Notes under the pieces: generated by a model
The model's database searches: none
The model's input: only the letters and a program-made list of their open reading frames with translations
Told to the model about the DNA's origin: nothing
From: Methylobacteriaceae bacterium
GTDB lineage: Bacteria > Pseudomonadota > Alphaproteobacteria > Rhizobiales > Beijerinckiaceae
DNA length: 64,000 nucleotides
Assembly: GCA_020638195.1 (NCBI GenBank)
Contig: JACKJC010000004.1
Coordinates: 413,403-477,402, forward strand
Direction: 5' to 3'
Shown: in pieces, positions 58,199 to 64,000 of the stretch
Layout: every line of letters begins with the position of its first letter
How positions within the stretch are numbered: the first letter of the stretch is position 1
Program-made: the position numbers and the translations under genes

Positions 58199-59275
58199 AT
58201 GAACACGCCCTGTCGGATTCGATGGACCCTCTTTACGATCGCCTGCGCGCTCGTCGTCGGTCAGCCCGCCTCGTCCCGCGAGATCGCGCGAAAACCGAAG
58301 CCCGCGGCGGGCGTCAATCTCGCCGGCGCGGAATTCGGCGCGCCTCCAGGCAAGGCCGACAAGGATTTTCATTTCCCGTCCGAAGCCGAATTCGCGTGGG
58401 CGAAGAAAAAGGGCTTTGCGGTCGTGCGCCTTCCCTTCCTCTGGGAGCGCCTGCAACCCGTGCTCGAAAAGGATTTCGACGCCGCGCATCTCGCGCTTAT
58501 CGAAGAGAGCGTCGCGCGCGCACGGGCGCAGAAACTGTCGATCATTCTCGACGTTCACAATTATGGCCGCTGGCGCGGCGGTCCGATCGGCACCGACATC
58601 GTTCCCGATCGCGCCTTCGCCGATCTCTGGCGCCGACTGGCGCATAAATTCGGCGGTCAGGGCGACGTCGTCTTCGGTCTCATGAACGAACCGCACGATA
58701 TGCCCGCCGCAACCTGGGCGAAATCGGCGCAAACCGCGATCGACGCGATACGCGCGACGGGCGCCTGCAACCTGCTGCTCGTGCCCGGCGTCAACTGGAC
58801 CGGCGCACACAGCTGGACGAAGGATGGCAAGCACGGCGTCAACAGCGAGGCGATGCGCGCGATCCACGACAAGGGCGCCCACGTTTTCGAATTCCATCAA
58901 TATCTCGACGCCGACTGGTCCGGCACGAGCGGCCAGTGCCGCAAGAAAGACGAGGTCGTCGCGGCGCTTTCCGTCGCGACCGATTGGCTGCGGCAGAACA
59001 AGAGCAAGGGCTTTCTGGGCGAATTCGGAGCCGGCGACGGCGAGCAATGCCGCGACGGGCTCGACGCCATGCTCGCGCACATGGCGGAAAACGCCGATGT
59101 GTGGACCGGCTGGACTTATTGGGCGGCCGGCGCCTGGTGGCCGAAAGATTATCCTTTGTCCATCGAGCCGAAGAACGGCGAGGACCGGCCGCAGATGAAG
59201 GTTCTCGCCAAATGGACCGGCGGCGCGCTGCCGAACGCCTGCCCTGTTGCGCACAAGACGAAAAAGAAAAAGTAG
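58199..59275 (+). CDS. secreted glycoside hydrolase family 5 (endoglucanase-like)
   Basis: Signal peptide, then GH5 catalytic motifs (MNEPHD acid/base, FLGEFG nucleophile). Confidence 0.85.
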   Translation: MNTPCRIRWTLFTIACALVVGQPASSREIARKPKPAAGVNLAGAEFGAPPGKADKDFHFPSEAEFAWAKKKGFAVVRLPFLWERLQPVLEKDFDAAHLALIEESVARARAQKLSIILDVHNYGRWRGGPIGTDIVPDRAFADLWRRLAHKFGGQGDVVFGLMNEPHDMPAATWAKSAQTAIDAIRATGACNLLLVPGVNWTGAHSWTKDGKHGVNSEAMRAIHDKGAHVFEFHQYLDADWSGTSGQCRKKDEVVAALSVATDWLRQNKSKGFLGEFGAGDGEQCRDGLDAMLAHMAENADVWTGWTYWAAGAWWPKDYPLSIEPKNGEDRPQMKVLAKWTGGALPNACPVAHKTKKKK

Positions 59276-59278
59276 ACG

Positions 59279-60388
59279 TCAATTCGCGGCTTGCGCGTAG
59301 ACCTGCATGTAGCGTTCCGCGACGCCCGGCCACGCGAAGGGCTGCGCCGCGGCCACGAGACGCGCGCGCGTGGCGGCGGGATCAGCAGCGAGGCGCGCGT
59401 GCGCGGCCATGATCGCCCCTGCGGCTATGGCCGGCTGCGCGTAGTCAGTCAGGACGACGTCGGATACGCGCTCGGCGAAAGACATGAAGGCTGCGTTCGC
59501 TTCCACCACCGGCAGCAGGCCCGCGCTCAGCGCCTCGATCAGGGAAATGCCGAAACCCTCGTGCACGCTCGCGCTGACGAACAGGCTCGCACGAGAGATG
59601 ATCTCCGCAATCTCCGCATTGCTCGCCCCGACATGCAGTCGCACCCGGGCTTCGAGGCCGCGCGCGGCAATCTCCGCGGTGAGCCTTTCGCGCGTCCAGT
59701 CGAATTCGCCGCCGATCAGATACAGCGAGAAATCCGGATCGCTCTTGCCGAGCTCGACCATCGCGTCGAGCAGTCGATCGGGCTTCTTGTTGAATGAGAA
59801 ACGCCCGATCGCGACCAGATTTTTCGTCGCCTCGCGGCTGGCGCGATCCGCGAATTTGGAAATGTCCACGCCATTCTCGATCAGCACGAGATTGTCGTGG
59901 GCGACAGCCGAGAACATATCGAAATCGGGCGAGCTGCAGGCGACGATCCGGTCGTAGCCCCGCGCCGCCGCCCGCGTGATGGTCGAAAACCACAAGCGCT
60001 TCAGACGGGCATGGGCCTCGGTATGGAAGAACCCGCCATGTGTCGTCGCCACCATCGGCCGCCGGTGCCATGGGCGCGTGAAGCTCATGAAGTCGAAGAA
60101 GAAATCGATGGCGTGGACATGCACGACATCGGCGTCGCGCACATGGCCGAGCACGGCCGGCGCGAACGGATAGCGCATCGAGCCGCGATAGGGGAACCGC
60201 ATCACCTGCGCGCCCATCCAGTCTTCGCGCGCGACCAGCCGCGTGTCCGGATCGGTGAAGATGCGGTCGAGCGTCAGCACGCGCACTTCGTGGCCGGCGC
60301 GAACCTGCGCCTCGACGAGCTGGGCGACGACTTCCTCGATCCCGCCGAGCCCTGGCGGAAACTGCCGCGTGACATGAACGATCCGCAT
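59279..60388 (-). CDS. glycosyltransferase family 4
   Basis: MRIVHVTRQFPPGLGGIEE... and SVHEGFGISLIEALSAGL (the EX7E region). Confidence 0.85.
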   Translation of the reverse strand: MRIVHVTRQFPPGLGGIEEVVAQLVEAQVRAGHEVRVLTLDRIFTDPDTRLVAREDWMGAQVMRFPYRGSMRYPFAPAVLGHVRDADVVHVHAIDFFFDFMSFTRPWHRRPMVATTHGGFFHTEAHARLKRLWFSTITRAAARGYDRIVACSSPDFDMFSAVAHDNLVLIENGVDISKFADRASREATKNLVAIGRFSFNKKPDRLLDAMVELGKSDPDFSLYLIGGEFDWTRERLTAEIAARGLEARVRLHVGASNAEIAEIISRASLFVSASVHEGFGISLIEALSAGLLPVVEANAAFMSFAERVSDVVLTDYAQPAIAAGAIMAAHARLAADPAATRARLVAAAQPFAWPGVAERYMQVYAQAAN

Positions 60389-60429
60389 ATCCGCCGCTGT
60401 TCACCCATTCGCAAGTCGAAGCCGGCAAT

Positions 60430-61362
60430 ATGCCGCCAACCCCGCAAGAAAGTCTGAACAGCCACACCCGCCCGCGAAACGAGACACACTTGAGCGACCC
60501 TGCCGCCCCGCGCCTCTCCCTCCTGTGCTGCACGGTCGGACGCACCGAAAAGCTCGGTCGCCTGCTCGACTCGCTCATTCGCCAGACGGTGCGTGACTTT
60601 GAACTCGTCGTCGTCGACCAGAACGCGCCGGGCGTGCTCGATCCCGTCCTGGCGCTCTACGCGCAAGCTCTCGACATCCGTCACGTGCGCTCGGAGAAGG
60701 GTCTTTCACGCGCCAGAAACGTCGGCCTCGGCCATTGTCGCGCGAAAATAGTGGCCTTTCCCGACGACGATTGCTGGTATCCGGATGCGCTCGTCGAAAA
60801 AATCCTGTCCATGTTCGACGTCGAGGCGCAAGCAGGCGTCATCACCGGCCGCACGGTCGACGCCGCGGGCGCGGATTCGCTCGGCCTGTTTCTGGATGCG
60901 GACGCAACGATCACGAAATCCAACGTCTGGCTGTCCGGCAATTCCAATTCGCTGTTCATCCGCACGGAAATCGCGCGAAAAATCGGCGGCTTCGACGAGA
61001 CCCTCGGCGTCGGCGCTTCCACGCCGTTCAAATCGGGCGAAGAGACCGATTTCCTGCTGCGTGCGCTGGCGACCGGCGCGCGCGGCCTCTATCGCCGCGA
61101 TTTGCGCGTCCATCACGATCAGGCCCCTGTCGGCGGCGCCGGCGGCGTGGCGCGCGCGCAGGATTACGCACGCGGGTTCGGACGGGTCCTGCGGCTGCAC
61201 GATTATGGGGCGGCTTACCTTGCGATGCGCGTGATCCGCACATCGGCGCGCGCGGCCTTGGCGCTGGCGACCGGCGACATGGCGACGGCGCGCTACAAGG
61301 CCCTGTGGGCGCTCGGGACATTCAGAGGATTTACCGCGCCTCTTCCAGCACGCGCAGCCTGA
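60430..61362 (+). CDS. glycosyltransferase family 2
   Basis: LSLLCCTVGRTE...ELVVVDQN...SRARNVGL...AFPDDDCWY (DxD). The start may be downstream of 60430 (TTG at 60490). Confidence 0.8.
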   Translation: MPPTPQESLNSHTRPRNETHLSDPAAPRLSLLCCTVGRTEKLGRLLDSLIRQTVRDFELVVVDQNAPGVLDPVLALYAQALDIRHVRSEKGLSRARNVGLGHCRAKIVAFPDDDCWYPDALVEKILSMFDVEAQAGVITGRTVDAAGADSLGLFLDADATITKSNVWLSGNSNSLFIRTEIARKIGGFDETLGVGASTPFKSGEETDFLLRALATGARGLYRRDLRVHHDQAPVGGAGGVARAQDYARGFGRVLRLHDYGAAYLAMRVIRTSARAALALATGDMATARYKALWALGTFRGFTAPLPARAA

Positions 61363-62098
61363 GAACGGCGATCAGAAAGGCCGCCGTCTCGATCGTATAG
61401 CGCCGCAGCAGTCGCCCCGGTTCCTGCGCCACCCGGAACGCCCATTCCAGTCGCGCCTTGCGCATCCAGGCCGGCGCGCGCGCGACGCGCTCGGCGACGA
61501 AGTCGAGAAGCGCGCCGACGCCGAACATCGCCTTGGCGCCCAATGCGTCGAAATGGCGCGCTATGAAGAGCTCCTGCGCGGGATTTCCAAGAGCGACCAG
61601 AAGAATGTCGGGCTTCGCCGCCGCCACCGCCTGGACGACGTCGGCTTCTTCTTCCGCGCGGAAATAGCCGTGTTGCGCGCCCACCAGCTCCAGATGCGGG
61701 AAGCGTTCGACGAAGCGCCGCCCAGCCTCCGCGGCGACGCCGGGCGCCGCGCCGAGCAGATAGATGCGCGTGCCCTTGGGCAGGACGGCAAACAACGCCG
61801 GAATGAAGTCCGTTCCATTCAGATTCTCGGGAAATCCGCGCCGCTCGAGAATGCGCACGGCGATCTCCAGCCCGATGCCGTCGTTGACGACGCAGAACTT
61901 TTCGAGCGCCTCGCGACAGGTCTTGTCCCGAAGCGCGATCTCGGCCGTATGCGCGTTGCAAAAGGCGACAGCCAGCGGATCGGCCGCCGGCGCGAGCGCT
62001 CCCAGCACCCGCAGCGTGAGATCGCGACGCGTCATCCGCTCCACATTCAGGGTTCCGATGGCGGCAAAGTCGGCGCGAGACTGTTCTGACTTCGACAT
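61331..62098 (-). CDS. WecB/TagA/CpsF-family glycosyltransferase
   Basis: FCNAHT...VVNDGIGL...YLLGA...LLVALGNPAQE...GVGALLDF...AP.WMRK..LEWAFR. Confidence 0.85.
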   Translation of the reverse strand: MSKSEQSRADFAAIGTLNVERMTRRDLTLRVLGALAPAADPLAVAFCNAHTAEIALRDKTCREALEKFCVVNDGIGLEIAVRILERRGFPENLNGTDFIPALFAVLPKGTRIYLLGAAPGVAAEAGRRFVERFPHLELVGAQHGYFRAEEEADVVQAVAAAKPDILLVALGNPAQELFIARHFDALGAKAMFGVGALLDFVAERVARAPAWMRKARLEWAFRVAQEPGRLLRRYTIETAAFLIAVLRLRVLEEAR

Positions 62099-62266
62099 GG
62101 CGTCCCAAAATGGATCACTGCAACAGCACGACAGCCTTCACAGCAGGGGCGGCGCCATCCCGACCTCCGCATCTTCGCGCAGGCCCACAAAGACGTGGTT
62201 TGGGAAACGAAACGTAAAGATCGAACGGGCAATGTGGCGCCAACGCGCATTGTGCACAGGTGAATT

Positions 62267-64000
62267 TTGTCTCACGCGGTCGCGAGGATCGCCATTGCGG
62301 ATCGAGTAGCCGACCACGCCCCGGGGCGCAGGACGGCAGCCGAACTGCGTCTGGACGCCGAGGCGATCGCGCGTCGCAACTGGCGGCTGATTCTCGCCGT
62401 CACGCTCGCCACCCTTCTGTTCGGTCTCGCCTTCGCATTGCTGTCGCCGGCCAAGTACAAGTCATCGGCGCAATTGCTGGTCGATCCGCGCGGCCTGCAG
62501 ATTCTCAAGAATGACATCACGCGCACGCCAGAAAATGCCGACGGCAATCTCGTGGATGTCGAGAACCAGCGCTACATCCTTCTGTCGCGCTCGATCCTCG
62601 GCGCCGTCGTCGATCACGAGAAACTCGCTGATAACGACGCCTTTGCCGGCCGGCCCGGCCTGATGTCCCGTCTGCTCGGCCGGCCACAGGTCGACCGGCG
62701 TACGCGCGCGATCCAGACGCTGAGCGACATGGTGGAAGTGGTGCGCGGCGAACGCGCCTATGTGCTCGACGTCGTCGTGACCTCGAAAGACGCGGAACTC
62801 TCCGCGAAACTCGCCAATGTCATCGCGCGCACCTTCCTCGAGGCCCAGATCGACGCGCGCTCGGACGCCGCCAAGCGGGCGAGCGAGGAACTGTCCAAGC
62901 GGGCTGAGGACCTGCGCCGCCAAGTGCAGAAGGCTGAAAAGGACGTCGAACGCTTTCGCGCCGAGCACGGGCTGGTGCAGACCGTGACCGGACGCCCGCT
63001 CGGCGAGCAGCAGATCACCGACCTGTCGACGCAACTCGGTCTTGTTCGCGGGCGCATCGCCGATGCGCAGGCGCGCGTCGATGCCGTCGAGAAATTCCGT
63101 CGATCCGGTCAGAACGTGGAAGCGCTGAGCGAGGCGCTGAACGCGCCCACCATCGTCAGCCTGCGTGCGCAATACGCGCAGGCGGCCCAGCAGGCGGCCT
63201 CGCTCGCAACCCAGCTCGGGCCCCGCCATCCCGCGCTCATGCAGGCGCAGGAACAGGTGCGCGACGTCCGCCGCCTCATAGCGGCGGAACTCGGCCGGAT
63301 CGCGGAAGCCGCAAGAACCGATCTCGCCCGCGCCAAGGCGAGCGAAGCCTCGCTGCTGAAGCAGAGCGGCATGGTGCGCACCGCCAACGACAACGACGGT
63401 TCGGCGCTCGTTCAACTGCGCGATCTCGAACGCGCGGCGGAAGCCAATCGCGTAGTCTATCAATCCTTCCTCGGCCGCGCGAAGGAACTCGGCGAAAGCC
63501 AGAATATCGACACCGCCAATGCGCGCGTGATCTCGCCCGCTGTGCCCGCGCTGAAGCCGGCCGGCGCGCCGGCGCCGCTCATATTGGCGGGCTCGTTGCT
63601 GTTCGGCCTCGTGCTCGGCTCCGGCCTCGCCTATGCCCGCGAGCGTCTCGACGGCGCCGTGCGCTCGCGCCGCGACCTCGCCACGCTGACCGGGTTGCCG
63701 CTGCTCGCCGTCCTGCCGGTCGCGAAGGGCAAAAAGGATCTCGTGCCGGATCAGGTCGCCTTCCGCCGTCTGCTCGCGCGCATACGTCCGGACCCCCGTG
63801 AGGGTGAAAAGACCGTCGCCTTCGTAGGTATCGCGGGAGATCGAACGTCCACCGAAATCGTCGTTACGCTCGCCGAATTCGCGCGCTGGGAAAAACTCGA
63901 CGTCGCGGTCGTCGCCAGTGGCGATCCCGACAAGATCGCCGGCGCGCTCGAAACCAGGGGGCGTCGCGTCCTCGGCCGCGGCCACGTCGAGGTGGCGCGC
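62267..64000 (+). CDS. polysaccharide co-polymerase (GumC/ExoP family), partial; runs off the window
   Basis: Not in the supplied ORF track because it has no stop inside the window. My translation of the frame with pos mod 3 = 2 gives WRLILAVTLATLLFGLAFALLSPAKYKSSAQLLVDP, a long coiled coil, GPRHPALMQAQEQV, a second TM (PLILAGSLLFGLVLGSGLAY) and a kinase-like start VAFVGIAGDRTST. TTG at 62267 is the first candidate start after the TGA at 62261. Confidence 0.75.
   Translation, partial: MSHAVARIAIADRVADHAPGRRTAAELRLDAEAIARRNWRLILAVTLATLLFGLAFALLSPAKYKSSAQLLVDPRGLQILKNDITRTPENADGNLVDVENQRYILLSRSILGAVVDHEKLADNDAFAGRPGLMSRLLGRPQVDRRTRAIQTLSDMVEVVRGERAYVLDVVVTSKDAELSAKLANVIARTFLEAQIDARSDAAKRASEELSKRAEDLRRQVQKAEKDVERFRAEHGLVQTVTGRPLGEQQITDLSTQLGLVRGRIADAQARVDAVEKFRRSGQNVEALSEALNAPTIVSLRAQYAQAAQQAASLATQLGPRHPALMQAQEQVRDVRRLIAAELGRIAEAARTDLARAKASEASLLKQSGMVRTANDNDGSALVQLRDLERAAEANRVVYQSFLGRAKELGESQNIDTANARVISPAVPALKPAGAPAPLILAGSLLFGLVLGSGLAYARERLDGAVRSRRDLATLTGLPLLAVLPVAKGKKDLVPDQVAFRRLLARIRPDPREGEKTVAFVGIAGDRTSTEIVVTLAEFARWEKLDVAVVASGDPDKIAGALETRGRRVLGRGHVEVAR

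Noticed and set aside
62260-62514. 84-aa GTG-initiated plus-strand ORF at the start of the last gene.
   Set aside because: It is in a different frame from the co-polymerase reading frame. Its product is Arg/Ser-rich with no TM segment, whereas the overlapping frame gives the expected N-terminal TM of a PCP protein.
62462-63985. 507-aa minus-strand ORF covering most of the last 1.5 kb.
   Set aside because: It is antisense to a plus-strand frame that translates into a clear GumC/ExoP-type co-polymerase (two TM segments, coiled coil, GPRHP motif). The minus-strand product is Arg/Gly/Ala-rich low-complexity sequence, typical of shadow ORFs in high-GC DNA. The real gene is missing from the ORF track only because it has no stop inside the window.

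Overview
High-GC, gene-dense chromosomal segment. It looks alphaproteobacterial, of Hyphomicrobiales/Rhizobiales type: sciP and a fliJ-like gene lie next to CtrA-type boxes, and the palindromic intergenic repeats 'gtcattgcgagcgaagcgaagcaatcc' and 'ctgtcatcccgg...ccgggatgacag' are present. I call 56 protein-coding genes, one TPP riboswitch, several REP/MITE-like palindromes and a few terminators. I recognised no rRNA, tRNA, CRISPR array, transposase or integrase.

Layout:
- 0.1-3 kb: cell-cycle and flagellar genes (fliJ-like, sciP, Usp).
- 3-18 kb: acyl-CoA and other catabolic genes. These include enoyl-CoA hydratases, an ACAD, SDRs, an esterase, an HpaI-type aldolase, an FAD oxidase, an orphan CoxL-like molybdo-enzyme, and GntR and TetR regulators.
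- 18.5-21.9 kb: GDP-D-rhamnose module (gmd, rmd, GT4).
- 21.9-25.2 kb: a soluble PAS histidine kinase, a NarL-type regulator and a REC/pseudo-kinase protein.
- 25.2-27.8 kb: a three-gene operon encoding a eukaryote-like Ras/Rab small GTPase, a 600-aa envelope-spanning OmpA-family protein and a small coiled-coil protein.
- 28-35 kb: ABC exporter, AKR and MarR-EmrAB efflux.
- 35-41.4 kb: mogA-eutCB, a single-gene low-GC island, then thiC with its riboswitch.
- 41.5-51 kb: CDF transporter, MaoC/SDR/APH trio, RND pump and prfC.
- 51.4-64 kb: a Wzx-type exopolysaccharide locus.

Two candidates are most worth follow-up:
1. The low-GC orphan gene at 37798-39339, inserted precisely between thiC and eutB. 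It has a DUF4365-like PD-(D/E)xK N-terminus fused to a ~390-aa domain I cannot place.
2. The translationally coupled GTPase/Roadblock-like-OmpA/coiled-coil operon at 25218-27824.

All homology statements come from my reading of the translated ORFs and motif memory. No database search was run.
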